61,097 nucleotides of DNA, filler included, from 8 parts of 8 records of this genome joined end to end with filler, not necessarily neighbours in it; one strand, 5' to 3'; counted from the first letter of the whole stretch, positions 18,233 through 29,607 are shown. Numbers and translations are program-made. Notes: generated by a model not told the origin, from the letters alone.

Positions 18233-19075
18233 ATGAAAATGATTGAAAACATTTTAAAGGGAGCAGCTATTGGAGCAGCAAATGTAATACCTGGAGTATC
18301 CGGGGGGACTATTGCATTTGTTTTTGGAATTTATGATAAATTGACGGAAGCAATTGGAGAATTTATAACAGCTCCTATGTCAAAAAAAATTGATTTTGCA
18401 AAATTCCTTATTCAAATTGGTGTTGGAGCAGTAATTGGAATACTGTTTTTTGCTAAATTAATTGAAATTTTATATCAAAACTCTGCAGAAACAACAAATA
18501 TGTTTTTTACAGGTTTAATAGTTGCATCTATACCATTAATCTATCAAGAGGAAAAAGAAAACTTAAATAAAAAAAGTTTCGTTTACTTTGCGATTGGTTT
18601 TGTTATTGTACTTATCTTTGGATATTTGAGCAGTGCAAGTGGAGAAAAAAGTAGTATAATAACAATAACCAGAGACTTAACTCCGTTATATGGATTTAAA
18701 TTGTTTGTTTGCGGAATGTTAGCTGCCGGAACAATGGTTGTTCCAGGAGTTTCAGGTTCGTTATTGTTACTTTTATTAGGTGAATACTATAATGTGCTTG
18801 GTTTTGTAAACGATAGAAACTTAATAGCTATTGCTTTTATCGGGATGGGAGCAGTATGCGGGATTGTTATTTTTGCCAGATTAATTGATTATTTTTTAAA
18901 GAAAAAAAGAACAATGACAATGTTTTTTATACTTGGTCTAGTAGCAGCTTCAGCAGTTGAAGTTTTTCCGGGAATTACATTTAGCGGTTTAAATATTATT
19001 TTTGATATTTTAGCTTTTATTCTTGGTTTTGTTTTAGTTGTTTTAGTTCAAAAGTTAGATAAAAGAGAGAGTTAG
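18233..19075 (+). CDS. DUF368 family membrane protein
   Basis: Duplicated PGVSGG / PGVSGS motifs; multiple TM segments. Confidence 0.9.
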   Translation: MKMIENILKGAAIGAANVIPGVSGGTIAFVFGIYDKLTEAIGEFITAPMSKKIDFAKFLIQIGVGAVIGILFFAKLIEILYQNSAETTNMFFTGLIVASIPLIYQEEKENLNKKSFVYFAIGFVIVLIFGYLSSASGEKSSIITITRDLTPLYGFKLFVCGMLAAGTMVVPGVSGSLLLLLLGEYYNVLGFVNDRNLIAIAFIGMGAVCGIVIFARLIDYFLKKKRTMTMFFILGLVAASAVEVFPGITFSGLNIIFDILAFILGFVLVVLVQKLDKRES

Positions 19076-19084
19076 GAGGACAAA

Positions 19085-19495
19085 ATGAAGTTGTTTGATA
19101 AAAAATTTATAGCGCTGGAAAAGGGATTAAATGCATACTCAAAAAGAGCTGATGCAATAGCAAATAATATAGCAAATGTAAATACTCCAAATTATAAAAG
19201 AAAAGATATTCAATTTGAAAACTTTCTTCAAGACGCTCTAGGTGATACAAGTGGGCATGTCTCAGGTTATAAAACAAATTCAAAACATATTCCAATAAAC
19301 TCTATTAATAAACTAGGTGAGGTTCAGGCAGTAACAATTACAGAAAATCAAACTGCTATGAGAAATGATGGAAATAATGTTGATATTGAGAGAGAAAAAG
19401 TTGAACAGGCGAAAAATAATGTAAGATATCAAATGGCCACAACTAGAATTTCGAATAATTTTAGTATTTTGAAAAATGTTATTAAAAATAAATAA
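19085..19495 (+). CDS. flgB: Flagellar basal-body rod protein FlgB
   Basis: IANNIANVNTPNYK, DGNNVDIERE. Confidence 0.95.
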   Translation: MKLFDKKFIALEKGLNAYSKRADAIANNIANVNTPNYKRKDIQFENFLQDALGDTSGHVSGYKTNSKHIPINSINKLGEVQAVTITENQTAMRNDGNNVDIEREKVEQAKNNVRYQMATTRISNNFSILKNVIKNK

Positions 19496-19530
19496 TTTTG
19501 TGTCTATTACACTTTAAGGAGGGAATCTAA

Positions 19531-19977
19531 ATGGGTGTTTTTAGTATAATGAATAAAGGTGCTTCGGGAATGACAGCTGAAAGATTTAGAATGGATGTAA
19601 TTGCAGATAATATAGCAAATGCAAATACAACTGTAACGGAAAGCGGAGAAGCATATAGAAGAAAAGTTGTAGTTTTTCAAGAAAAGAAAAAGCAGGAATT
19701 CAGAGTTCCAATGAACGATAAAAAATTTAAAAGTTCACTTGAATCAAGTGAAGGGGTAAAAGTTGCGCAAGTTGCTGAGGATAAAACTCCTTTTAATTAT
19801 GTATATGACCCTAATCATCCGAATGCAAATGAGAAAGGTTATGTAGCAATGCCCAATGTAAATACAGTTCATGAAATGGTAGATTTAATTACAGCACAAA
19901 GAGCTTACGAGGCTAATGCAACAGTAGTAACGAATGCTAAAGGAATGGCAAATGCTGCCCTTCAAATTGGAAAATAG
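19531..19977 (+). CDS. flgC: Flagellar basal-body rod protein FlgC
   Basis: NIANANTT, YDPNHPNA, MPNVN...EMVDLITAQRAYEAN. Confidence 0.96.
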   Translation: MGVFSIMNKGASGMTAERFRMDVIADNIANANTTVTESGEAYRRKVVVFQEKKKQEFRVPMNDKKFKSSLESSEGVKVAQVAEDKTPFNYVYDPNHPNANEKGYVAMPNVNTVHEMVDLITAQRAYEANATVVTNAKGMANAALQIGK

Positions 19978-20001
19978 TAATTTAAGAGAGTAGAGTTTTA
20001 A

Positions 20002-20331
20002 TTGTTGAACAATCTTGGATGGGGGAATCATATTATGATAGTTAAAAACAATTTACATGTAAATAGTATAAAAAAAGGAATCGCGAGTGAAGGAAAAAAA
20101 TCTGGAGGAGAAACAAATTTTGGAAATATACTAAAAGATGTTGTAATGGAAGCAAATACTCTTAAAAAGGAATCAGATGCCATAACAAATGACTTCCTTG
20201 CCGGTAAAACTGATAATCTTCATGAAGTGATGATATCTGCCCAAAAAGCTGAAGTATCAATTTCATTTGTTACAGAAGTTAGAAACAGAATTATGGAAGG
20301 TTACCAAACTTTTGCTAGTATGCAGGTATAA
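20002..20331 (+). CDS. fliE: Flagellar hook-basal body protein FliE
   Basis: LHEVMISAQKAE...EVRNRIMEGYQ...MQV. ATG at 20035 is a possible start. Confidence 0.92.
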   Translation: MLNNLGWGNHIMIVKNNLHVNSIKKGIASEGKKSGGETNFGNILKDVVMEANTLKKESDAITNDFLAGKTDNLHEVMISAQKAEVSISFVTEVRNRIMEGYQTFASMQV

Positions 20332-20349
20332 TATTGGAGGAAATAAGTT

Positions 20350-21813
20350 ATGAACGAATTATTTGAGAGACTTAAAAGTCAGTTCCTAGAAGTATGGGGA
20401 GCAATGAAGAAAGTACATAAAATAGCAGTTGGTGCCATAATCATCAGTCTGCTGGCTTTTATAGTGCTTTTTTCCGTAATGAGCACAAGAGTTGATTACG
20501 AACCTTTGTTTTCTGATATGGAACCAAAAGATGCTGCTATGATAAAAGCTAATCTTGATAAAAAAGGAGTAGAGTATAGAATATCTGAAGACGGAAGAGC
20601 AATTGAAGTCCCAAAAGATATGAAATATTCAATAAGACTTGACCTAAGTAAAGAAGGGGTTGTCCCTGACAGTACTGTTGGTTTTGAGATTTTTGATACA
20701 GCGAAAATTGGAGCAACTGAATTTGATAAAAAAATGATGTTTTTAAGAGCTCAAAAGGGAGAACTTGAGAAAACAATAAAATCTCTTTCTCAAGTAAAAA
20801 AAGCTGTTGTAAATATAACACCTGCAAATGATTCACCTTTTGTAGAAGAAAAAACAGATGCGAAAGCCTCTATTTTGATTCAGCTTGAAGCATTTGAAAC
20901 TTTGAGTGAAGAGAATATTAAAAGTATTATAGTATTAGTTGCCGGAGGAATAGAAGGGTTAAATAAAGATAGTGTAGAGATAGTGGATTCGAATGGAAAT
21001 ATTTTGTCTGATAGAGTTGATTTTGAGGATGATGGAGACGGAGCCTCAAGGAAGAAAATTGAACTTCAAAAAGAAATTGAAAAAAAATTAGAAAGAAACG
21101 CCAATGGAGTATTAAGTGTACTTGGTAGTGGAAACTATAGAGTAAAAGTTTCAGTTGATCTTGACTTTAACAGAGAAAGTTATCAGAAAGAGATCTATAC
21201 AACACCAACAGTATCTGGTGAACAATTAACTTCTGGACTAATTAGAAGTGAACAACAAACAGGAAAAGAGTATAATTCAGAAGTCCCTGCAGCAGCAGAA
21301 GGAGTACCGGGAACAACAAGTAATATTCCTGGATATGTAGCTGAAGAGAGTCAAGGGAACGATGGTGACTATAGAGAATCAAGTTCAATATTAAATTATG
21401 AACTTGATAGAACTAATTCTATTTACGAAAAATCTGTCGGGGCAATAAGAAGAATGACAGTTTCGGTTAACTTAAATAAAGATGCTACATATTTTAAAGA
21501 TATGGAAGAAATAACTCCTGAAGAAACATCGAAATTTGAAAACATGGTTAAAACTGCAGTTGGATTTGATGACAACAGAGGAGATAGAATAAATGTAACT
21601 GTTATACCATTTGATTTTGAAATAAAGAATAGATTTGATTCGCAATTACAAGAAGAAGAAAAATGGGAAAAATACAAAATGATTGCAGCTCTATTTATTG
21701 CAATCGCTCTAATTACTTCTTTAGGGGCGTATATCCTATTTAGAAAACTTGAGCATAGACGTATTAGGGAAAGAGAAGCAAAAGCCATGGAAGACCTACT
21801 TCCTCAGCTTGAT
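20350..21813 (+). CDS. fliF: Flagellar M-ring protein FliF (3' truncated)
   Basis: Two TM segments; GFEIFD, RAQKGELEKTI, GVPGTTSNIP, NYELDR, AVGFDDNRGD. Confidence 0.95.
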
Positions 21814-21913
21814 NNNNNNNNNNNNNNNNNNNNNNNNNNNNNNNNNNNNNNNNNNNNTTAATTAATTAANNNNNNNNNNNNNNNNNNNNNNNNNNNNNNN
21901 NNNNNNNNNNNNN
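21814..21913. other. Artificial contig linker
   Basis: Same spacer. Confidence 0.98.
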
Positions 21914-22979
21914 GCGCCTCTGCATCCAACAATGGGTCAACTCTTTTAACCACCTTAATGTTCTGCATTTCCCCTTTTGCATCCACAAAAAAGCTTACAT
22001 ACACTTTCCCTTGAATTCCTTTTATCTGAGCTTCAGAAGGGTATTCAAGACGGCTAGCAATATCCCTTCGCAATTTTTCTTCACCTCCCGGATATGCCGG
22101 CATTTTTTCTGCCATCATATAAATTTTATCCGGATCCGGTTCTTCCGGCACCTCAATTGAAAAATCAAGAGGAATAACATACGTAAAATCGCATTTCTTT
22201 TGTGTTGAAACCGCAGGTCTCCATGGTGTCCCTACTTGTTCGCAAGCATTCAATATTGCCCGGTCAGTGGCAGGTCTTCCTGCATTTAAGAGGTGTGCAT
22301 TCGCCAGCTCCCCTTGTTCGTCAATAGTAAACGACAATAAAAGAAATAACTCTTGCAAATCACCAGAAGTAACATTATCCGGAAATATAATCTTTCCTGA
22401 TAAATCATTTAAAAACTGATCACCTCCCCCGGGATATTGTGGAACCTGGCCGACCTCATTCTCGGGCAACAATACGCCTTCAATTTTAGGTTGATGTACA
22501 CTTTTATATACCAGGTTATTATAATAATAACTAATATCCGGATCTTTTTTCTTACGACCTGAATATTGCTTACAAATTCCGTGATAAACTTTTGGAAAAA
22601 CAGATAACACCTCAGCTTCTGTCATACAAACTCCCCTACCGTCATATTCTTCAATAATAAACCCACTCTCGGTTGTATCAATAACAGCCAGCTTATTTTT
22701 TATTCCCAGGTACCCGAAAGAATAGGTTTCAATAAGGTATTGGTTATTCTTTTTTGCAGTTACAATAATCTTGTTTACCCCTTTCACCCATTTTTGCCCA
22801 GTTTTCTCATATTCAAGAAGTTCAATCTTCTTTTTGGAAAGCGAATGTTTTTCATATTTGATTTCGGCATCTTTTTCATTCGTAACCAACATGCCATTTT
22901 TGGCAAAATATATGTACTCATTTTGAGCCATACCATGCAAGCCAAAAAGAACGATTAAAAGAATGAGGATTATTTTCAT
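21914..22979 (-). CDS. TonB-family protein with two TonB C-terminal domains (3' truncated)
   Basis: PQYPGG...FTIDEQG and MPAYPGG...YPSEAQIKGIQGKVYVSFFVD. Confidence 0.85.
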
Positions 22980-23010
22980 AAAAAACAGTTTTATTGATTT
23001 AAAAATTATT

Positions 23011-24966
23011 CTATTTCAGTAGAATGTGAATTGCAACTCCACCGCTCGCCCCTAAATCAAAACTCAACTTAGTAGCACTGTTTACATTTACTGTTTTTAT
23101 ATTCACATTGGTACGGCTATTCAGTTTTTCGTCGTCATAATAAATGGTTGCGCTGTATTCCTTTTCTTTTTCAAGGAAATCGAATGATAGCTCAACAGTA
23201 CGTGAATCATTGTTGGTAATCGCTCCTACAAACCATTCTTCTCCTGATTTTCTGGCTACTGTAATGTATTCTCCAATTTCGCCATTCAGTACCTTTGTAT
23301 CGTCCCAAACGGTTTTTACTTTATCGAAAAATTCCACTTCTTTTTCTCCATGGTAAAGCCCGGGATTATCGTACCAATAGATAAACTGGATTGGGCTGTA
23401 ATACACCACCGAAAGTGCCAACTGGTGTGCATGTGTTGTTTGAATGCGGTTGTTGTAATAACAGATGGTATAATCAGCCGCCCCGGCTAAAAAACGCGTA
23501 AATGGCAGAATGGTATTGTGGGTTGCATCAGGCATTTCTTCATTGCCCCGAACTCCTTCCTGGGTCATTAAGTTCGGATAAGTCCTGCTAAAACCGGTCG
23601 GGCGGTACTCATCGTGAATATCGACTAATAAGTGGTACTCGGCTGCTTTTTTAACGGCATCGTGGAGCCACACTGTCCAACGATTTGAACCAATATGCAC
23701 AAAACCAAACTTTACGCCTTTTATGCCCCATTTTCGGCACTGTTCAAAAACTTCATCCAAATTGCCATAAAGTGCACGCTGGTTGATATAAACAAAAATC
23801 CCAATTCCCTTTTCGGCAGCATAATTAACGATCTCATGCATATCGATGTCCCGGTTCCCATCAACTGTAGTTGCCTTTGAAGTTACATCCACCTCCGGAC
23901 CGTACCAACCTGCATCAAGGTGTACATATTGCAAATTGCGTTTGGCTGCAAAATCGACACAATCTTTGGCTTCTGTAGTGGATAAATAGGAACGAATAAC
24001 TTTCCCCGGTTTAATCCAGGAGGTATTTTGAATTTGATTCTCAGTATTCAGGTTTAATACAATGTCGTTGTTCTCTAATAACTCTCCGGGAGTATCCGCC
24101 GCCATAATTACTCTCCACGGAGTAAAGTAGGGCCTTATTACATCAACTTTACTGTACATCGATAGCTTAATTGTATTTTCTTTATCATTATCCAGCTTAA
24201 ACTTGCCACGGCTGTAATCCACCATTTCAGCTTCAAGTAATGAGACATTTAATCCATTCCTCAATTGCAAAGTTAGAGGACGTTCACATTCATCAGGCCA
24301 GTTTTTTAAAGGCAGGTAATGGTAAGGTCCCTGAGCCCATCGCTCATACCAGGCCATGGTACCTTTGGGCATGGTGTAAGTGGTTTGTTCACCAACAATA
24401 TGCAAAAACAATCCGTTGGAAGTTTCAGGAAAATAATAACGGAAAGCGATTCCCTCATTATAGGCACGCACAATAATATCCATGTTATAGCTTTTTCGCC
24501 TGTCGTAAAAAGTACCGGCATGCCCTTCTTCCAGGGTGCCTTCTTCTCCAAATTTATTGAAATGCAGAATCATTTCATTATAGTGGTTTTTAACCACATT
24601 TCGTTCTCCATAAACCGGGCTCCAGGTTTTATCAACAGTATTTTGATCTACCGACTTTAGCTCCAGGTTTTCACACCACAATTCGCTTGGATCATTTTCA
24701 ATAGCCAGGGCCGACTCGAAAAGATTATTCTCAATAAGAACACCTAATTCTGATTCCAGAACAATAGGCTCACCATTAAACGTTACGGTGTAATACATTT
24801 GTGTTTTCCCATCGCCTAGATGTTTTTGATAAAATTCAAACTTGAATTTTCTATCTGGTGATTGGATTTGATGCAAGCTGCCTTCAACCAAACTCAGTTT
24901 TTTTGCATTTACCGAAAAAGCAATAACCAGGAATAGCAATATCGTTAAGTATCTCATTTTAACCAA
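23011..24966 (-). CDS. Glycoside hydrolase family 97
   Basis: TPWRVI, SWIKPGK, LDAGWYG, GIKGVKFGF, DIHD, RTYPNLMTQEGVRGNE. Confidence 0.93.
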   Translation of the reverse strand: MVKMRYLTILLFLVIAFSVNAKKLSLVEGSLHQIQSPDRKFKFEFYQKHLGDGKTQMYYTVTFNGEPIVLESELGVLIENNLFESALAIENDPSELWCENLELKSVDQNTVDKTWSPVYGERNVVKNHYNEMILHFNKFGEEGTLEEGHAGTFYDRRKSYNMDIIVRAYNEGIAFRYYFPETSNGLFLHIVGEQTTYTMPKGTMAWYERWAQGPYHYLPLKNWPDECERPLTLQLRNGLNVSLLEAEMVDYSRGKFKLDNDKENTIKLSMYSKVDVIRPYFTPWRVIMAADTPGELLENNDIVLNLNTENQIQNTSWIKPGKVIRSYLSTTEAKDCVDFAAKRNLQYVHLDAGWYGPEVDVTSKATTVDGNRDIDMHEIVNYAAEKGIGIFVYINQRALYGNLDEVFEQCRKWGIKGVKFGFVHIGSNRWTVWLHDAVKKAAEYHLLVDIHDEYRPTGFSRTYPNLMTQEGVRGNEEMPDATHNTILPFTRFLAGAADYTICYYNNRIQTTHAHQLALSVVYYSPIQFIYWYDNPGLYHGEKEVEFFDKVKTVWDDTKVLNGEIGEYITVARKSGEEWFVGAITNNDSRTVELSFDFLEKEKEYSATIYYDDEKLNSRTNVNIKTVNVNSATKLSFDLGASGGVAIHILLK

Positions 24967-25049
24967 TTTCTAATTTTTATAAGTTTTTTATCAGCCTGGT
25001 AGCTGCCCTCATTTTTCTCACCGTTAACATTGGCTTATAATGATGCACC

Positions 25050-26480
25050 CTACCACCTTCCTCTTCCACTCATTTTTTTTGTTTTACTGTCCGGCACCAC
25101 AGAGTCTGGCGATTTTACATCAAGGTTTTGAGCTTCATCACTCTTAATTACCGGTAGTCGTTCCAGTTCGTTAATCAAAGTTACGCCATCGGTCTCAGCC
25201 GGTAAAATAGGCGAGCTCATTTCGGCATGGGCAGGCATTGCGAAACCAAGCATGATAGGAAGTGCCGGAACCGCAACCTTCGCATCATTGGTATAAAGCC
25301 GCACACGGTGATCCTTTCCTGCAATGGTAGCTATCGTATGCACCTGCGATTTTGGCATACCAGGCACCAGCTCCAGCTCTACATCTGCACCTACGGTATT
25401 TTCCCGCAAATAAAGCAATGGCCCGTATTGAATATCTCCGCGACAGTCACGTACAAGTACATTCGAACCAAGCAAGTAGCCACGCTCAACACCAAATGCC
25501 TGACAGCCTTCCAGTACCGTACGGTTTGTAGCATCTTTGGTTCCGCTAATTTCAAATCCTGCCCGTGTATTTTTGGCCGTACAGTTGCGAAGCGTTACTT
25601 TCCCAACCCCACCGTACGTACGAAAACCATCTTCGCTAAGCGATTTTGTATAGCCGGGAGTAATCATAAAACGTCCATCCCGGTTTTCATACACACTCCG
25701 AAATTGCAGTTCATAAGCAAGCCCTTCTGTTTCGCTTAGCATATCATTGGTGGTGCGCACCCTTCCTTCTGCATAACAATCTTCTAATAAAATATCACGC
25801 GTATCGTGTCCTTGCGTCTGAATATAAAAGCAATGCCCAAAAGCCCGGCTGAAAACCTTGCAGCGTCGCAGGGTATTATTTTGCCCGGCAACCATTACCC
25901 CACTTTGCTTCTGAATGGATGTTAGTACCGGTCCACCTTTACCAAAAAGGTCGCCATAACCATAAGTTGAACCCCGAACATAAACTTTGATGTCCTCAAG
26001 CAATGTATTGTTCCCAAATACCGAGAGTATATTACCATGACTCCCTTTATCTTCGGGTCCGGTGTTTCTGATCGTTAATCCTTTTAAGGTATTACCATCA
26101 CCATCAATAAAAATGCAGCGCATATAACCATAAGGCAATTTGCTATATAGTTCTGTATTAATTTCGATAGTAACCCCAGTAAAATCAAAGGTGTTATTAC
26201 TACCACTAAACCGCAGGAAATATCGCGGAGCCCTACGCTGTCTTTCTGTTCCGGGTTGAAATTCACTTATCAGATCAGCAATGCGTTCCTCGTTCAAGTA
26301 CTTATCAAGTGCATACACACCTTGTTTCATACGAATCTGTTGCCCATCCTTTGCAGCTACTTCAACTAACTCTTCAAGTGATGTAATTTCTTTTATACTC
26401 TTCTGCGCCTGCACAACCACGAAGCTGATAAACAACAGCGAAATGGTAAAAAATAATTTATAATTCATGTTTATTCTCAT
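25050..26480 (-). CDS. Secreted right-handed beta-helix protein (pectin lyase-like fold)
   Basis: Signal peptide; repeated beta-helix rungs (GNTLKGLTIRN, NNTLRRCKV, VTLRNCTAKN). Confidence 0.6.
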   Translation of the reverse strand: MRINMNYKLFFTISLLFISFVVVQAQKSIKEITSLEELVEVAAKDGQQIRMKQGVYALDKYLNEERIADLISEFQPGTERQRRAPRYFLRFSGSNNTFDFTGVTIEINTELYSKLPYGYMRCIFIDGDGNTLKGLTIRNTGPEDKGSHGNILSVFGNNTLLEDIKVYVRGSTYGYGDLFGKGGPVLTSIQKQSGVMVAGQNNTLRRCKVFSRAFGHCFYIQTQGHDTRDILLEDCYAEGRVRTTNDMLSETEGLAYELQFRSVYENRDGRFMITPGYTKSLSEDGFRTYGGVGKVTLRNCTAKNTRAGFEISGTKDATNRTVLEGCQAFGVERGYLLGSNVLVRDCRGDIQYGPLLYLRENTVGADVELELVPGMPKSQVHTIATIAGKDHRVRLYTNDAKVAVPALPIMLGFAMPAHAEMSSPILPAETDGVTLINELERLPVIKSDEAQNLDVKSPDSVVPDSKTKKMSGRGRW

Positions 26481-26529
26481 TCGTAAAATTCTTTAAATTA
26501 TCTGTTCAAATTCTATACTTATATTCTTA

Positions 26530-28176
26530 TTAATTCTTTAGCAACAGGAAGCTCCTTTCAACCGGCTCTGCTGTTTGAATCTTTGGCTCGTTGATACTTC
26601 CGTATTGCCAGGCCACTACGGTTACTTTTACCGGAAATTTGCTTCGAGGTGGTATTGGTGTAAAAACCAGCTTATCGTTTTTCACCTTTGCAGGTCCTTC
26701 TTTTACGTAGAAATAAACCGGCATGCCCGAAGATGATTTAGCTTTTAACGGAACCGTTTTTACTCCTTCCTTTTCATCCGGGATGGGGGAGAATGAAATT
26801 TGTTGCTCCTCCCCTTCTTCCAATCGGTGAGGAATGCGCATATTAAACTGTTGAACTGTGCTTTTGTATTTTTTATCGCCCGGATGCGAAGCCAGGAGCC
26901 AGATATCGCCAGTCCGTTTGGGGTTATTCAGCCCCATGCGATAATAACGCACCGTAAATGTTGTATCGTTCATTTTTTGCACCGGCCCACAAATGCGTTC
27001 AATTATTGGCTGGCCTGTGGCATGATCACCTGAGCGTGCAACCTGTGAAGTATCCGTAAATTCAGCTTTCAGGTAAAATGTAAGTCCATCGGCTTCCGGT
27101 TCAAATTTGCCTACAAAATGTGCATGGTGGTTTGGATTTCCCTGCATTAATCGCCCTGCTTGGGAGAAACCAATGTACTGTTCTTTTTTTGCATGCGCGT
27201 GAGCGTAATAGTTTTCAGTAGCTTCTGCCATTTCCTCATCGAAATACCAAAAGGCATCATGCGGATCGCCTTTGTATTTTACAGAAGGGGCTTCTTTTGC
27301 CCTTTTCTTTTGACTGGGATGCCAACGTTCCGCTAACCAACCAGCGTGAGGATCCAGTTTTTTCAACAGTACAGGTGTATCCAACGATTGTTTTTCTGGC
27401 AAACGGTATTGCGCAGCCTTTTTAAGGAAAAGCGAAAGATACTCAACCACAGCATCTGAAACATCAAAATGTCCATGCCCTGCATCACACAAAAAGGAGA
27501 TGCAACTTTCGGGGTACATCATCCGGAAAGCCAGTGCCGGATTTACCCGGGCTTCCCACCATTCATATTCACCTTCTACCATTAATCCGGGAATACCATC
27601 GATGTTGCGAGTTCTGCCCCATTCCAGGTTTTCCCGCCCATATCCGGAAAGGTTTGTCCGGGGGGCATCGCCATGATAAGAAATGATAGCCAGGGTTTTT
27701 TCAGGGTTCCAGGCTGCAAAATTCCAGGGGAAAGTAGCCATGGCTGAATGTCCCAGCGGCACAATCGGAGCATATTTTAATTCGGAATACCCACTCACAG
27801 CTGCTAGCTTTTCCATCGTTTCATCAAAAGTCTTCTGGCATCCATTATTTACGTCCCATTGTTGGTCAATTCCAGGCGTAATCCAAACAATTGCAAAACC
27901 CAATTCCGACATTGTTTCCCGAAAAACAAGATGATCGAAAATGGTTTCTTCACACATGTTATGCTGCCCAACTACTACAGCCCTAACCTGTTCACAATTC
28001 TCAGGAATCCATAAAAAGGCATTCGGATGATCGTTCGTTTCGGATGAAATATAAGAAGTTACTGGCACTGACCATTGATAAACACTTGCCTTTGCAAATG
28101 GCATAATAACAAATAAGCACCAAAACAACAGGATCAGTTTTAGTCTATATTGTAATATCTTGATTGTTATACTCAC
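26530..28176 (-). CDS. Secreted hypothetical protein, alpha/beta-hydrolase-like
   Basis: Signal peptide; PIVPLGHSAMA elbow-like motif; GHGHF. Confidence 0.55.
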   Translation of the reverse strand: MSITIKILQYRLKLILLFWCLFVIMPFAKASVYQWSVPVTSYISSETNDHPNAFLWIPENCEQVRAVVVGQHNMCEETIFDHLVFRETMSELGFAIVWITPGIDQQWDVNNGCQKTFDETMEKLAAVSGYSELKYAPIVPLGHSAMATFPWNFAAWNPEKTLAIISYHGDAPRTNLSGYGRENLEWGRTRNIDGIPGLMVEGEYEWWEARVNPALAFRMMYPESCISFLCDAGHGHFDVSDAVVEYLSLFLKKAAQYRLPEKQSLDTPVLLKKLDPHAGWLAERWHPSQKKRAKEAPSVKYKGDPHDAFWYFDEEMAEATENYYAHAHAKKEQYIGFSQAGRLMQGNPNHHAHFVGKFEPEADGLTFYLKAEFTDTSQVARSGDHATGQPIIERICGPVQKMNDTTFTVRYYRMGLNNPKRTGDIWLLASHPGDKKYKSTVQQFNMRIPHRLEEGEEQQISFSPIPDEKEGVKTVPLKAKSSSGMPVYFYVKEGPAKVKNDKLVFTPIPPRSKFPVKVTVVAWQYGSINEPKIQTAEPVERSFLLLKN

Positions 28177-28195
28177 CCCTTAAAAATCAGTTGTA

Positions 28196-29593
28196 TTACT
28201 TTATAAATTTTACACCTTCAGTGTGCTCACCAATCTTAATATTCCCATCAACAGGATTATCAATCAATTCTCCATTAATTTTTAATCCTTTAATCTGAAT
28301 ACGCTTTGCTAAACGATCTTTGTTATAACCCAGAATAACTGATGGATTGACACCAAAACCATTGTACTGAACATTCTCTAAACTTATATTTTCGATCCCC
28401 CGACCGGAAGCAGCACTGTATTTAGGGTTAAACACCACCCTGAAATGAAACAACTGACCTTCTTCAATATCTTCGATCCTTATGTTGCTATACTTAACAT
28501 TCCGAACCAGGTTGTTATCGGCACAAGCTATCGACAAACACCCTTGATAATTGCGGTCGTCTTCATCGTGTTCTAAAATATCAATATTGGTAAACGTAAT
28601 ATTTTCAATAGTATCTCCACCGGCTTCGGCATTGCCATGCCCCCCAATGTTTGTGGGGTGTGCAATGTCGGCCCAAAGGGTTGAGTTTTTTATTTCGTAG
28701 TTTTGGGCATTGCCATAAAATTGCCAACGATGCCCGTAAATAGCAATACAATCATCAGAATTACGCATAAAAACATCATCAATCACAACATCAGAACAGG
28801 ACATCATGTCGATGCCATCGCTCCAGCCCTGGTTGCTAAATGATTTAATATTGCGCACAGTCAAACCTGTTGTTTGTCCTCCATAAATGGTATAATGTTT
28901 CGGATTGATAAAAATAGGGCCATCCACTGTCACATTTTGTGAATGGCGGATTTCAACGCCTCGTTCCGGTTGAAAAACAATTCCATGCCCAATGATTTTT
29001 ACTTCATGTGCAGTATCAACCAACAACTTAGCTCTTATTACAGCACCTCCATCAATAAATACTGTTTTGCCTGAAGGAATACGAATTACATCGCCCGGCA
29101 AGTCTTTGGGTTGATGCAGGCCCGGTCCAAAATACATTACATTTGGATCTTTCGGGTCGGGTTTTTCAGTTAATACCGCATTGGCAAAAATGTGTAAGTT
29201 TTGAAGCTTATCTCCATTAATTTCAAGCGAAATTTTACGGGGTTGGTCGAGCGAGAAAGTAATCATTCGACCTTGTACTTCCGGAACAATACCGTATGAA
29301 AGTGGTCGGATACGAACATCATTTACAGTACCGTTATTCTTTCTTACCTGTACCTCAACTTTCCCGGTAAAGTCAAATGAAACCATAGAAGCAGTGCTTT
29401 TGGTATCCATATCAACTCCAACTTTATACTCGTATAAATCTTTCCATTCGCCTCCAGGAATGCGGACTTTTACAGTAAAATCATCGTTATGTGCTGAGTA
29501 GAACAGTTGCTTTGGAACTTCGTATGTAATTAATTCCTGTGCCTGTGCTACTGTTGAAAAAACAACTAAAATTATCCAAATCAGGTATTTCAT
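28196..29593 (-). CDS. Beta-helix glycoside hydrolase (GH28-like)
   Basis: YFGPGLH, SDGID, RNSDDCIAIY. Confidence 0.75.
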   Translation of the reverse strand: MKYLIWIILVVFSTVAQAQELITYEVPKQLFYSAHNDDFTVKVRIPGGEWKDLYEYKVGVDMDTKSTASMVSFDFTGKVEVQVRKNNGTVNDVRIRPLSYGIVPEVQGRMITFSLDQPRKISLEINGDKLQNLHIFANAVLTEKPDPKDPNVMYFGPGLHQPKDLPGDVIRIPSGKTVFIDGGAVIRAKLLVDTAHEVKIIGHGIVFQPERGVEIRHSQNVTVDGPIFINPKHYTIYGGQTTGLTVRNIKSFSNQGWSDGIDMMSCSDVVIDDVFMRNSDDCIAIYGHRWQFYGNAQNYEIKNSTLWADIAHPTNIGGHGNAEAGGDTIENITFTNIDILEHDEDDRNYQGCLSIACADNNLVRNVKYSNIRIEDIEEGQLFHFRVVFNPKYSAASGRGIENISLENVQYNGFGVNPSVILGYNKDRLAKRIQIKGLKINGELIDNPVDGNIKIGEHTEGVKFIK

Positions 29594-29607
29594 TTTATAC
29601 TTTTCTT

